This document shows, one piece after another, positions 35,501 through 50,046 of a stretch of DNA of 64,000 nucleotides. Both the position numbers and the translations under genes were made by a program. Below the pieces are notes generated by a model. That model had not been told where the DNA came from. It saw nothing but the letters and a program-made list of their open reading frames with translations, and searched no databases. The DNA comes from Podarcis cretensis (lineage: Eukaryota): NCBI GenBank assembly GCA_951804945.1, contig OX638150.1:70928001-70992000 (forward strand), given 5' to 3'. Within the stretch, counting starts at the first letter, position 1. Every line of letters starts with the position of its first letter.

Positions 35501-38500
35501 AGGGATTCGAACCGCCGACCTTTCGATCGGCAAGCCCTAGGCGCTGAGGCTGGACTTGCTATCGAATGTGGGTGGTGTGTTACATGACTTTCTAAGGGGG
35601 AAAGTAAAGTTTAGTTATTTCATCTTAATTTATGCTGTTCATCTGTCGCTTCATTAGAACAAGTACCCCCACAAAGCCAGGGAGCCTGCAATCTGTAGGA
35701 CACCATAAATTCATGATTGAATAATATTGATATTGTTGTCTAGTTCTATTTGAGAGGATTTATGAAAATCTGATGACTAAGGGAAGGGTATATAACCAGG
35801 TCACTGGCACACATATTCCATTGGTGGTGCGCATCTTCTAATTCTGTTTTTCAAATTCTACTTTGTTTCCTAGCTGGGCATTCACATTTCCTTGTCGCAT
35901 GAGAAGGAACCACTGGGCACAGGTAACTGAAGCAGCCACTTTCTTGTGGAGAAGTGAGGTTATAGGGGCAGTAAATGTGGGATCAGAATCAAAACTTGTG
36001 CCAACCTGGAGTGTCCTGGCTATATGCAGGTGAAGGATTGGGTACTACTTATTCTGATCAGGAGCTATATAGGATGGGGTTGAGCGGTGCATGCTGGCTG
36101 TTGTTTCTGAAGGGCACATGAATAGGTGAATATTGAGGGTTCTGGTTTCCTCCATAGCTGGACCCCTGGCACTAGCGCGGGAGCTGTTGACCGAGAATGC
36201 AGAGCCTTTTTTTGTGCTCAACAGTGATGTGATCTGCGATTTCCCCTTCAAAGACATGGTGCACTTCCACAGGCATCATGGAAAAGAGGGCACCATTGTG
36301 GTAAGTATCTGAGGGGCACCCACTCCATTGCTCCATTGCAGGAGTGGCCCTCCAGAGGTTGCTGGATTCCAGCTCCCATCAGCATGAGCCAATAGTCAGG
36401 GATAATGATAACTGTAGTCTGCCAACATCTTTGGAAAGCCAAAGGGTGTACCCCTTTCTCTTTTGCTTGGAATTGCTCATGGATCCTTGGACAATTTAGT
36501 TTCTGTTGGTTGCAGAGCTGCCAGAAAGTTAAGTTTAGCAGGCCAGCTGGAGACATAGGCGGAAAGAGCTCCATCACTTCCACAGACCCTTAATACTTGG
36601 CAAAAACTGTAGTTGCAGGAACAAAGGAGAATCATAGGATTGTAGAGTTGGAAAGGATTCCAAGGGACATCTAATCCAACCCCCTGCAACCCACTTAAAA
36701 AAAAAAATTAAGCCCCTCCTGTGGGTGTTATAAATGCCTCCCCTTGTTTACATGCACAGGAGCACACTTATTAGTTCATAAAGAATTAGGGTGTGTGTTC
36801 TTATTTTATAGATGAACTGCACACCCATATCTTTCTATAATGCAAAAACAGAAGTGGTTGGAGTAAAGGTCTTCTGTGTCCTATCCTTTCTTTTGCTCAT
36901 GGGGTTCTTTTTAAAATAAGAGATTGGGATAGTAAACTAGGCATGGCAGTTCAATAGAGCTCTTTCTGTGCCCTCCGAGTACCATGGCTGGGTGTGATGC
37001 CAACTTTGCCTTGCAGGTGACCAAAGTGGAGGAGCCCTCCAAATACGGCGTCGTGGTGTGTGAGTCAGATACAGGGCGCATACACCGCTTTGTGGAGAAA
37101 CCCCAAGTTTTTGTTTCCAACAAGATCAACGCTGGCATGTACATCTTAAACCCAAGCATCCTACAGCGGATTGAGGTATGAGGCCGGAAGGGTGGAACGG
37201 GGATCTTGCACAGGGCAGACTGGCTGGGGTGTTTGGGGTTGTGGTTTTAGTTGGGCATCTCATCCTTTCATGCCGGTGAGATTAAGGATGATGATGTCCG
37301 TGGGAACAGTACATCTCTAGTCTTTACAACATAAATGGCCAACTGGTAGTACTCTTGCCTTCCCTTAGCTGCGGCCGACCTCGATTGAGAAGGAGATATT
37401 CCCAGTGATGGCAGAACAAGGACAACTCTATGCCATGGAACTGCAGGGTAAGGGCACATGGAAGGATTTGGAATGGTACTTTGATCCTAAGGGGCTCTCA
37501 CAGATGTAGGCAGTGATTTGAGGAGAGGGCGTATTAGACAATTAGATGTTAAGTCAGTGAGGACCTGGAACTGGAGTTGAGAAGTAAAAATAAGATCAAG
37601 ATGTGGAAGATACCACATAACATGCAAGGGCCCTCTAGGGCAATGTTTGAATGAAATACAGTGTTACATATGCTTCAGGTTACAGACTCCACTAACCCAG
37701 AAATAGTGCTTCAGGTTAAGAACTTGCTTCAGGATGAGAACAGAAATTGTGCTCTGGCGGCGTGGCAGCAGCAGGAGGCCCCATTAGCTAAAGTGGTGCT
37801 TCAGGTTAAGAACGGACCTCCAGAATGAATTAAGTACTTAACCCGAGATACCACTGTAATGTAATGCGGTTTCACTGCACATCTTGCTATATGCTGCCTT
37901 CGGGGAGGAAGGCTGGTATAAGGTTCATCAATGGAGACAGGTGTCTTATTAACGCAGGTTTGTCACCACAGGGTTCTGGATGGACATTGGGCAGCCCAAA
38001 GACTTTCTGACCGGCATGTGCATGTATCTGCAATATCTACGGCTGAAACATCCCGAGAGGCTGCACTCAGGACCAGGTTTCATGGGGAATGTATTAGTGG
38101 TAATTCTATTCTTGTATTTCTTTAGAGCGAGGGTGGGCAGCACTTCATTAAAGGCTGATCTAAAACTGGTAGTATATTGAGCAAGGCAACAGCAGCTCTT
38201 GATATTACATCTACCATCTTGTGGACTAGAGCTGTGAGGGAATGTTGTTCTCTCCCATCTAGTTTCCTCTGAGGAGGAGGAAGCTACTTCTCAGACCAGA
38301 GCTGTGGAAGCTGCTCAAGAAAAACCAATTTACTTTCATCCCCCCTCCAACTTCAGGACCCAACTGCCAAGATTGGATTGAACTGCAGTATTGGTCCCAA
38401 TGTCACCATTGGGGCAGGAGTGGTGATAGAGGACGGGGTTCGGATCAAACGTTGCACTGTGCTGAAGGGGTCGCGAATCCGGTCTCATTCGTGGCTGGAG

Positions 38501-39615
38501 TCCTGCATTGTTGGCTGGAGCTCCTCTGTAGGCCAGTGGGTGAGTTATGTGACAGAGCAATCCTCATCAATCCCAGATATACACTGGGGAAAGTGAAGCT
38601 GCAGCCCAGCTGCTGTAGGTTGAGGGAATTTTCTGCTCTTCTGTGGGGGAAATGTTACCTCTTTGGGCAGGACCAGTAAATGGAGAGAGCTGGAATGCAG
38701 GATAATTTTGTTTATTCCTTTTGGTGGCCCCAATGTGCCTGTTTGCTGGCCTTAACATGCCCCCTTTTTGCCTTGCACACTGGGATAGCTTGTGCCAGGA
38801 GAGCTTACTTCAGTCAGGTGAAGTCGCCAGCTTAAGGCCACCTGAGCCACAAGGGTGGGGGGATCAGGTCATATCTTAACCTCTCCCAGCCAGTGTGTCT
38901 GGGACTTAAGAATTGCACTGTTGGTCAGAGCTGCATCTCAGCAAGACTAACTAGTTCTTTTACTGATGAGTGACCTGGAGTGCACAGTCCACACAAATGC
39001 TACTGTGTAGTTTCTTCACATGCCTGCATGTTTGTTCTCTCCCTCATGATGGACTTGTAGCTTTGCAGTGGTTGTGTGTTCATACTCAATACCCTTATTA
39101 TTATGACAGCTGCACTCATAACAGGGAAACTGGCCCTATAAAGTCCCAATTTAATATCTTTCAGTGCTGCTTTGTGCCGGGTATCAAGCTGTCCTTTCCC
39201 TATGAGTTGAATTGGTACTAGATTCAGTGGCAATTTGAGTAAGATTTAGGGAAACTCTACAGGTATAATTATCATGGCACCTCATTCTGGCTGCTCCTGC
39301 TTTTAATTAGCAGCCCAGAGCCAGAAAAGCAAGGGCAGAACCTGTTAGAAACTGACTCCTGAGTAGCCATAGGATTGTACCATGCAGGCAAGTAACTGCC
39401 TTAGCCTAAGTCTATCTTGTAACATACTACTTCCCCTCAGCTCAGCATAGAGTTGTCTAACTGTATGTCACGCCCTTCCTCAGGTACGGATGGAGAATGT
39501 GTCAGTGCTGGGAGAGGATGTCATTGTGAACGATGAACTCTACCTCAATGGTGCCAACGTGCTGCCTCACAAATCCATTGCGGAGTCTGTACCGGAGCCA
39601 CGCATCATCATGTAG
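32512..39615 (+). CDS. GMPPB: Mannose-1-phosphate guanyltransferase beta (GDP-mannose pyrophosphorylase B), 360 aa
   Basis: Nine exons: 32512-32640, 33365-33445, 35874-35922, 36158-36300, 37017-37175, 37369-37447, 37972-38099, 38357-38539, 39484-39615 (1083 nt). Translation: [26 protein letters not shown]...EPLGTAGPL...FVEKP...[13 protein letters not shown]...VPEPRIIM*. Confidence 0.98.
35208..35550 (-). mobile_element. Sauria SINE, slightly 5'-truncated, CpG-rich (young)
   Basis: (ggtaaa)n tail on the plus strand and core ctatttatctacttgcac. TSD tggacttg at 35200-35207 and 35551-35558. Confidence 0.88.
37659..37856. mobile_element. Tc1/mariner-type MITE with TA TSD
   Basis: ta|cagtg ... 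cttaacccgagataccactg|ta, with internal gcttcaggtta subrepeats. Confidence 0.65.
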
Positions 39616-41710
39616 CAGTCCTGGGCCTTGAGTATTGGACCTGCTGAGAGGGCCCTCCCTGTCTTACCCTCTTACAAGGGGAATCCCCACCCTGTGCCTT
39701 GGGAGCGGGGGCTCCTTGTTGACTTTTATGCTGAGAAAATACTAACCTTCTGCTGGAATCCTAGGAGTGTAGTGGGATAAGGAGGTTTGTAAGCTGGCTG
39801 GAGTGCTCCTCAGAATCACTGCTTAGCATAAGGCACAATGACCTGGGCCAGCTCCAGGGGTTGTCCAGTGCCACAGGCCATTGAGCTACTACTGGAAAGC
39901 AACCCTAATGTGCAAAGAGGAAAATGCTTGCTTGTGTGGTTCTGCAGTAGGAGTTCAGCTGCTGCAAGAGAACAGTCCCAGGCAGGCCCGGTGAGGAGAA
40001 AGAACAGCATGCTGTGCTTTTATTTCAGGATAACATGTGCAGCTCATGTTGCACAAAGGGAAGACAGAATACAATCCTCTTCTTTGGAACTCTACTGCCT
40101 TACAGAGACTGATCCCTCTCTCTTCCCTCAATATGGCCAATAATCACTAACTATTACTATTCAAAAACTCTGGACAGGGCTCTGTCAATTAATGGGGACG
40201 GGGAATGAAATTATATTGTCATGAAGAATGGGAGCTGTGGTGTGTCATATGTTTTCTTTAACTCCTCTTGGGGAACAACAATGGCAGTTTTGTATGGCAG
40301 CTGACTTTTACCGCTGCCTTCCTTGCAGCCAATCACATCTTGCACTGCTGCTGTGCCAACCTTTAGGACAGTGCTCCATAAAATGGAGAGAAGAATACAC
40401 ATAGCTCACCACCTTAAGGAATAATAATTTAATAATATTCCATTGTATGGAAGTTAACACCCCTTCCACTTTGGAGGGTGGTGGGAGAGAGAGACAATCA
40501 TAGATGCACATAAGTTAAAATTCCTTGCTTCAAGCACAATGCTTGCTGCCCTCCCCGACACTTCTGGTTACAAGTCACACACAGTTAGTAAATTAAAAAA
40601 CAGCAACCATCCTTGTCTGCTCCTGGATAGTACAGGCAGCCTGGTCACACAGTGAAGGGCTGGTGCCATGGGCACCTTCTGCTGGTGGAAGAGAGCAGTG
40701 CAATCAGGTTCACCCCTGCAGTAGCCCATAAAGATCAACCTAGCTCGTACTTCTCCCAACCAGAATACAATGCATGGGACGAACTCTGGCCCCTACTGTA
40801 TCTGTTTTTCTTTTCTTGGAGAAGCTTGGGAGTCTATTCAGACTCATTCCTCTGGTTGTTGTGGGCTTCATCTCTGCACTTCTGTTAGTCATGGCATAGT
40901 GTGCCTGCTGTTGCATTCACTAAGCTCCCCAGACCAAAAACTGGGCCTTGTGTCTTTGCTATGCGTATCTAGCAGTCCCTACCTGCAAAGGAGCTATATG
41001 CACAAAGAGCAGAGTCTAATGTTTAAGTGGACAGATGGTACAATCTTTCACTTACCAGCGCATCTGATTGCAGGTGGGAGAATGGCTTGTCAATATCTCC
41101 CTCCGTCACCAAAGCATATCAGGTGGCACAGCTGGGTAGGCTGCTGCACGATATGCCCACATAAATATCTCAACCAACTCTGAGCAACACACACACTTGT
41201 CAAAACAGCTGCTAAGCGCTGCAGCAAAAAACACACTTGGCTTGTGGCCAGCTGGGCCCACAGGAGCGATGTTGCCTGTGAGATCAGCTTTTACCCCATC
41301 GAGAAAAGCACCACACCAAAGGGGATGTGTCCCAGTTACAGTACGAGACAGGCTTCCTGGGGCAAATGCAGAAAAGGAGCTACAGATTCAGGCTGAGGTA
41401 GAAAACCTGAGCATGTTCAGCCCCCTTGTACATGCCCCATGGGAAAAGCCCAGTGCCTGCTGGCTTGGAGTCAATGACAGCAACAGGAAGTGTACCTAAA
41501 TTCAGGGGGGTTGAAGGATATGATGTGGCCGAGGGGATGCATATGGCAGTGCCTGGCCTGCAAGAAGTGTTATAAATTAAAAAAACACACAACTGAGCTC
41601 AGCTGTGCTGAACAGCAGCCGCCTTTGAGAGAGGTGCTCTCGAAGCAAGGAGAGTCCATCTTGTGGAGAAGCTGCCTGGGCATGCGGCCCTGCCCTGCAG
41701 GGTCCAGGCA

Positions 41711-44700
41711 CTAGGAGGTGGCTGGCTTCATGTAATCATCCACACCCGTGATGGTGGCTTTGCAGAAGAAGCAGTCCTTGTTGTTCATCAGGTGCTGGTT
41801 GATGCAGGCTCTAGAAAGACAAGAGCAGGAGGCCTTGGACATTTGTTCACAGCTACGGGCCGAGCTTTGGCCCAACAATACGTATCTAGTACCTAAAAGC
41901 CCCTTGCTGGGTCTAAATGAGTGCAAGTGTCCTGTGCATGCAAGATAATGCCCACTTTCCTCTTAAAATCAAATTCTACAGCTTCTCTATAAAACAAATT
42001 ACACAAATTTGTTTTGGGGGCATGTGCTAAGCCATGGTAATGACTTAAGAGGAATGGGAGACACTGAAGTCTTCCCCTGCCCCCAACCAGTTTGAATCCT
42101 GATCAGCCTTCCCCATGGCTTCTAAGATTTAAATACAAATGGCACACTTTAGCAACCAAACTTTGCAGCCCAAAAGGTTAAAATGCTAGCTTTAAAAAAC
42201 AAACAAATCAGTTGAATCTAATCTGCATGTGCAGTGCAGTCACAGCCTTGCGTATGGGAGAGCTGGCCTAAGTAGCTATTCAGAAGCATCGTGCTGCTGT
42301 GTCTTTCCATTAGGGCAACAAGTAAAAAGGAGATTTCAGTTAGGAAGCTTCAGAGAGTTCAAATGGCAAAATTTGTTAATTAAATCTCCAGTTATGGTCT
42401 GGGGCACCTTCTAGGACCCCTTCCATCCAACCAGAAAGCAAAAGTAGAGAAAAGCCCACATCCCCCAAGGGATTACTCACTTGCAGGACTTGTGGGAGCA
42501 TGGCTTGAATACGGCAGATATGGGATGCGCGTAGCAGATGGGGCACAGGTCCTCCTCACTGGTGGGCTGCAAAGAAGCAACACACCACTCAGCTTATTGG
42601 CAGTTGCCAACACCCAGCCCACATCATGGGGCAATGCAAGGCGTCTCACGGCAGAACAGCAGCTCATTAGCAGTTAATAACATGAAGGTTCTGCACTAGA
42701 CGCTTGAAACTGAAATGGCTGGTTGGCTTCGTACACTTCATGCCAGGGCTTACTTAAGATACATGCTGCAAATCTTGGATCAGAACCACTTGTGTTGCTT
42801 TGATCCATGCGGCAACTCTCTAAGAGTGTTGCCAGTGAGGTAGGAGGGGAAATGGCTCCAGGAAGATTCCACTATCAGCTATGAGGGCTCTACTCTCTCA
42901 GGAGGGCTAAATGAACCTCCATGGCCAAGGAAAGAGGAGAAAACAGGAATTCTAGCCTCCTGTGTCCTGTTCTTCACAGGGCAGTGTCCTAACTTTGATT
43001 GCTCCTCCTCATGGCCTGATTAGGCCCCGGGTGTCTAAAGGGGAAGTGTGATAGGTCTGTCTCGCTCTTGGTGCAAAATGTTATAGGAACATTAGCGGAT
43101 AAACCTCTCTCCCACTGCCACTGCGCTGTGAAGCCCTGGCCTGTGGAGTGAAGCCCACGTTTCCTTGCCAACTATGCTCTGTAATCAGGGGAAGGGTGTT
43201 TTTAAAAAGTAAGCTATTAATTTTATTTCCTCTTCTTTTAAATGTAACGTCTTTCACTGGGGAGTTCTATAAAAATGCTGATGACCATAGGGACTGCACT
43301 CCTTTGGGTATTATGAGGACTCCTCCCAGATGATGTCATAATGGAAGGGAGGGCCTTGTCTGTTCAAGAGGAGAGGGAATCCCAGTGAGCAGACTGCTGC
43401 CACTAGGGGGAGAAAGTGAGATTTTTAAAAAGTTTCGAAAAGATAACAATATAAATGTATCTCTTATGAATCTCCCCCTTGGAGCACGGACCATGAGCTC
43501 TGCCTCTAAAGAAGACTGTTAATTGCACCTATACATATCCTGCTATCTTTCAATATAATTTTGGGAGAGCTAATAATCTCAGCAGCAGAAGCAGTAGTAA
43601 AGAATATACGGGACTAGTCAACTTCTCTGCACTTGTCTCCCTGTGCAAAGAATGTACAGAGTTCAGCTTAGCTTGAGGTTCTTAATGAAGGTTTGTTTCC
43701 TGTCCCGGGGTTGGCCTAGGCTAAGAGCATGAGTTCCTACTGAGCCCAGGGACAGTGTGTTCCCATCCCATCAGCTCTCTCTCCCACCCCATCCCCACCC
43801 TGTCCTCCTGCAGCAGCCTTTATGCAGCTCCAAACTGCAGCTGGAAGATGAGCAGCCACATTAATAATTCAGATCCTACCCCTGGCAGAGATCAGGTTGC
43901 TTCCTGGATCACAGCTTCTCTCTGGAGGTCACCCAGACAGAGCAACACGCGGGGGCTGTTTCAGCAGCCAGAGTCCATCTGGGTAGCTTCTGTGGTGCTT
44001 AAGCTCCTCCTCCCTCCATGCCCATCCAGTCCAATTTTTTTTTCAACAAAGAAACCCAGTTCTGTGTCTTCAATTTCGCAAATTCATCTTGAACAGTTTA
44101 TTCTGCTTCCAAGGTTCAGAATTTCAAAAGAAATTGGAATTGTTTGGGCAAATATTTGGGTTGGGTGGGGGGGTAGGGGAGGGAGAATGGAGCTCTAAGG
44201 CCTCACTTCCCTGAAGACAGTGGAACTCCTTCCCACTGGGATATCTGCTTGGCTGCTGGGTTTGCAGATTACAGGTGGTGAAGAACACACAGAACAAGCA
44301 TATTTCAGTGGTCATAAGTAAGTGCTGTACTCGGTGACCTTGTAAAGTGAGCACAAAGCAAAGGAATTTTGACTCTCATATTCATTCAATGTTGTACTAC
44401 TGCTGGGCTGGCTAAACCCTGGTTTAGGGGCCTGTTCTGACCCTTCAGTCAGTTTTTGTCTGACTCCCCACCACCAATTTTGGCAGTGCCAGAAAAAGGG
44501 GGAAAACAGTGAAATACACTTGGTATGAGGTAGGTGGGCTTCAGAGCCTTCGATGTTCCCCCTTCCTAGTCATCAGGCTGATTATTTGATGGGGGATGAT
44601 AAGAACCCAATTTCCTCAGTTGATCAGCATGGATCAGCTGGTGGTGGTGGGGGGGCTGTGTGCCTCTTGAGTGTGTTATGTATGTGTGCATGAAAGTGGT

Positions 44701-47700
44701 AAGGGTGGGCACCCCCACAACTGGCATGTAAACCTCAGAGCAGGGGCCAAGGATGAATGGACCCTCCGCCCAAAAAAAGAAGAGCCACCCCTGCTTAATC
44801 CTGCTTAAGTTGAGGATATTATTAGCTTAGTAAGTGTGCTTTAGCACCTGTGCATATGTATGCTACTCATCTACCTGTGCCCATTCTCAGATCCTGCTTC
44901 CACAGGAAAACACACTGTCCTTACAGATGGCTCAGAACTAGCCCTAAAGCAGGGGTGGTTATGAGGGTGATGCCAATATATTGTTGGACTCCCAATGGTC
45001 AGCAGTGATGGGAGCTGGAGTCCAGCAGCAGCTGGAGGGCACCACATTGGGTATTGCTACCCTACAGCATTAGAGGTCAGCATCAACCTTTGCTATGGAA
45101 CGTGGACACTTACCCCATATGGTTTTAACATGTCCAAGCCAAACCAGGTACCCAAGAAACAGAGCCACCCAGTGTTGCCAAGCAAGGTCAGTAATGGCCC
45201 TTGTATCTGCAGGACCCTGTGAATGCTGCGCCTTCACTTCCTGCTTGGCAGGGGGTTGGACTCGATGGCCCTTGTGGTCTCTTCCAACTCTATGATTCTA
45301 TTATTCTACTTCCTTCAGGCAATGCAGCAAGGGCTGGTGCTTGATCTTTTGCCTCGGTTGAGGTCCTGCGAGGGGTGGTGCTATGGAGGGTGCCTTGGGC
45401 AAGTGGCCACACACATTCAGTTCATTAGGTGGAAGCTTACCAAGGTGGAGGCTGCAGCCTGCTTGGACTCTTCGCTGAGGTGGCCCAGCATTTGCTCTAC
45501 CTTGGCCAGCTCTTCCTGGCTGATGTAATCAGTGTCTGCAGAAAAACAGAGAGATTAATGATAAAGGAAGGACAAGTGGCAGCAGAGTGGGGGGGGGAGG
45601 CACAGGTTCTACTATGCAGAGCAGGGGGTGTGGGGGGCCTTGCCCCGGATTTCTTTTTTCAGCCCCATCCCACCAATGACTAGTTGGGAGGGATTAAAAT
45701 GAAGCTGCGGTGGAGGTGTTTGGCCACATGGTGGCAGAGCCCAGCATGAGCTGATCTGTTAACCAAGTGAGGCACCTTGTTCTCAGTGTTATCACAGGAC
45801 AGAGGAAAACGGCTTTGCGCAGTAGTGATCTATGGGACAGGGACAAGGGTAGAGTTCTCAAAAGCCACCAGATGACAGCATGCATGGAAAGCATTATGCA
45901 GGTATAGCTTCCCTGGGCATATTGTGGCCACAACTCTTGCTACAATTAGACAACCCAGAGATTTAGAGTGCTGATGAGAAATACTGGTCTATGTTTTAAA
46001 ATATGCAAGCTTTGAGAGCCCCATAGACCATGTGATCAAAGATGACCAAGTCCTCAAGACGATGCCAAGGAAATGGAGGTTAAATATTGCATCGGGAGTG
46101 GCAAGGCATCCATGAAAGGGCTGAAAACTCTTCAGTTGTCACAAGGCAATCAAAGCTTCCTATCTGAGCAACCCATGAGGGGGAACATAGGAGTGATCCT
46201 ACAAAGGTTAAGCAACATTATTGCCAGTGCCATTAAGGGCTCCAGCTGCAATATGTGAGAAAAGATCTTCTGAAGGATGCATACTCCTGCATAACCCTCC
46301 CCCGCTTCTCTCTCCACCCCTCACATTTCTGATGAGCACGTGTTTGTTCTGGGGGAGCCTTCATAAGAACGCAAGAAGAGCTCTGCTGGATCAGGCCGAT
46401 GGCCCATGTACTCCAGCATCCTGTTCTCACAGTGAACAACACCTCCCCCTCCTGCAGTTTCTAGCAACTGGTATTCAGAAGCATTACTGCCTCTGACCTC
46501 TGCCTCTGCCTCTTTGGATTGCTTAGGCCTCTGGGATTTGACACAGCAAAGCGCCTGCGAGAACTAGCATAGTTTTCCTTACTGGGTAGAGCAGGGGAAA
46601 AATGGTTGGCAGAGAAGGCACAGGGCAACTCTGGCCATGCCCATACACCCGAGTCTATGAAGCAATCTTCAGAAGCGGATCTAATATTTGCAAAGACTGC
46701 CTATGGCAGAGAATATCAGCCGCTGGGCCAGCTCAGTATCAGCATAGGTGCTGCTGCTGGCAGATACACAAGTACATGCATTTTTGGAATCAGGCTTTTA
46801 GACAAACACTCTCTGATGGGTGGGGCGGGAACATTCCCTCCACAGCCCAGAAATAGGATGGGAACACAAGCACTTTGCTGTAGGGTAAGGGAATTCAGAG
46901 TGAGGCAAGAGGGTGCAACAGTAGGTAATGCTAGACTGACGGGGGAGGAGCAGGGGACTCAGCATGCTCCATTCTGGGAAACAATTAACAGTGCCTCTTT
47001 AAGATATAATGCACAGTGCATTGCGGAAAACAAAAGAGAATCTGCCTGTGGTGTCCTCTGCAGGCTACTGCCTTCCCTCTAGCACACGTTTTCACACTAT
47101 CAGCAGGAAAAGGGAACCTGCAGTTGGCAGGCAGGGAAGTCCCACTTAATAATGACATTAGCGGGAAGGAAAGGACAGTGGTTATAATCCCTGTAGACTT
47201 GAATACAGCAGCAACCACCCCAAGGCACAGTCTTGTTCCATGTGAGGCATCCCCCGAGCTTTAGGGTTCCCAGTTAACAGTAAACCCAGAGCACTTTCTA
47301 ATATTACTTTCCTTTTTTTTTCCAGCAGAGGATCATCATCAACCTGCCATAGTACTGCTTGAAAATTTTCCCAAGCACTCAACAGTGAGCATATTTGGAC
47401 ATGGTAGAGTAATTGTCATTACCCCCTTCCATTTCTCTTGGATGTAGCTTTCCTGGGCTCAGCAGAGATTCACAAGGGAAAATACCAGAGATCATACTTG
47501 AGCTAAGATGTGGTTTATCATATTGGCTAAATGGCCTCTCTAAGATGCCTCAGTTCTGTAAAAACCTGGAAGTGTATTGCTTTTTATCAAGGCTGGACTA
47601 AGATGTTTTGTTGCCTGAGATCTGAAGAACAAGATGACACCCTCCTTCCCATGCCATGTATAATATCCAACCAGACTGGCAACTGAATCTTAGTTCAACA

Positions 47701-50046
47701 GTAACAATGAGGTCCTCCACTGCACCCAAGGACAGCAGCCTAGCACAGTGGGCGTAGGGCAGATTGCACGGCAATCACACAGGGCCAGTCCTACTATTAG
47801 GCAGAGCGCAACAGAGAATCTTTCTCTTAGGCAGCAGATGCTGGAGAAGCAACATCCCCTGGCCAGTCCTCCAGTGTCCTTTTGGCAGCTCCCTACCTTG
47901 GGAGGACAGAGCTGTGTGTGCCATGTGGCCTGTCTTGCACCTTCCTAAGTTAGCTTGCTGCCTTCAGGTGCTGAAATATGCTATCCCATCACAAATGCTG
48001 ATGCAGCTTTCAGTCCAGTCAACTTCTGTGCATGGAATGGTGAGGGAGGGGAGAGGCTATCATCTAGTTCTTTGACTCAGGCAGCAAATTATCTTGAGCG
48101 GGCCCTGCACACAACGGCTCTCCCCTTTAGCACTTTGCTGTTGCTCCCTATCCCACAGTATCTGCCTCACTCTGCCTAATGGTAGGGCTGGCCCTGGTCT
48201 GCATGCATTCACAGCTGGAGAACAGAAACTGGAAATCCCCCCCGCCCCCGCGCAAGCCTGAGGCAAGGAGGCCTTCAGCCAGCCTTTCATAGAGAGAGTG
48301 AGATAAATCACAATGGCCACAATTCAGCAGAGGTTAAAAGAAAGAGAAAGATTTGCTGCCTGCGGCAGTAATCTTCCACACTTCTCAATCACTTCAGCAG
48401 CTCTGCACCACTACCCCAATCACATAATGCCTTATTTCGTCATCAGCTCAAGATCTCCATGGAACTAACAGTTTCTAGAGGTTGTGTAAATAAAGCCTGC
48501 ACTATTCCTTAGGGATCACGGTTTCCTCCATCTCAGCGCTCCAATTGCTTTCCTCTATCTCAGCAAACTTCAAGGGCATGGGCAGAGCCAAGGACAGGAG
48601 CTTGGTTCTCTCTCTCTCTCTCTCGCTGGACACACATTTCTTTTAAGAGATGGCATGTGGCAGTTTGGTATGCAAATGCATACATAACAGTACGTATTTT
48701 TTCGCTATAGAAATTTTTTTTGCTGCCATCCTACCCAGCGAATAGGAATGGATCCTTAAAATGGGCTGTGGGGCAAAGTTAAGTGAAAATAAAATAAGAA
48801 AAGATGCAAACTTCTTCTTCTCTGAAAACACACACAGTGGGGCGGATGCACAGTGTGGGTACTCTACACAGCCACGACTGGTCCCTCCGGGGAACCGTAA
48901 GCAGTGCCATGTGCTGCTCTGCTGTGCCACAGGACAGTAGGCCTGAGCAGCTGAAGAATAAGCTGCCTCTATTGCTGGCATTGCTGATGCAGGAATCTGC
49001 CTTCTATTGAGGCAGGCCCTTGAGTCAATCCAGCCTCGTATAGTTTACTGTTCTAACTGGCAGCAGCTCTAGGGGGTCTTGGGAAAAACTATTTCACATC
49101 CCTTTTTACCTGATCCTTTTACCTGGAAATGTAAGAAGGCTGAATCCTGTGCCCTACCACTGGGCATCCCACAAGTCCACATTGCTCTGCTAAACCCCCT
49201 CAAGGATACCCTGCACCTGCTCTATGCATCGAGCTACAGTCAGCTCACACCACCCAATTTGTGACTTATCTTGTTTTATTGTGTTGTGTTGTGTCTTATC
49301 TTGTTTTATTGTGTTGTTATTTTACAGCAGATGCATTTTAAGGTGTGGCTTTATTTTTCCATATGGCTTTATGGAAAAGCAGCTTTGAATATTTCTTAGA
49401 AGAGAGGCTAATTAGCTTACATATTATATACACCCCCCCCCCTTTTAAACCTATTCTTTTGTCTGAATTCTTAGCTGATCCTTCTTAGGAAATGTAAGAA
49501 GGGCCCTGCTGCATCAGGCCCATGGGCTCATGTAGTTCATCATCCTATTCTCAGAGTAGTCAACCATATGCCTGTGGAAACAGGATGGAAAAGTTGTTGC
49601 TGTTGGAGAGCAGAGGCACAGCAAGAGGAAAACAGGGAGTTATTCCCATGTTGTTGCCACAGGGCAAATATATTTGGTGGCCTCAAATACACAAAGCATC
49701 TGTGAAGAGCAGGGACAGGCAAGGAGGGAGGAGACACAAGACAGCAGTTTACAAGCTCTGTAGCAGAGATCTCAGTGATCACCCTTTCTACAAAAGGCAC
49801 CTAGGAGTTACCCAAATGGCAAAGTGGCAAGCAACAAGGAGCCATGCAGGAACAAGCGACTCATGGCTTATGTTAAGCACAGCAAATCAGAGGAGATACT
49901 TACAGCTCTGCAGGGAGAAATGTTTCTTGTCAGCAGAAGCTGATGCCATCCCCAGGACTAGAGGCTCCGTGTTCCCCAACAAGTACTGAATAGAACGGAG
50001 CTGGAAACAGGGATCTGCCAGCAGCACAGCTGTTGCCCGCTCAGCA
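41711..50046 (-). CDS. RNF123: E3 ubiquitin ligase RNF123 (KPC1), last four coding exons; upstream exons lie beyond the window end
   Basis: Exons 50046-49904, 45535-45441, 42566-42481, 41810-41711. Translation: [24 protein letters not shown]...[22 protein letters not shown].../[46 protein letters not shown]...*, a C-terminal RING domain. Confidence 0.95.

Noticed and set aside
38540-39483. Possible in-frame retention of the last GMPPB intron, as in the longer human isoform
   Set aside because: The intron is 944 bp and has an in-frame stop at 38594-38596.
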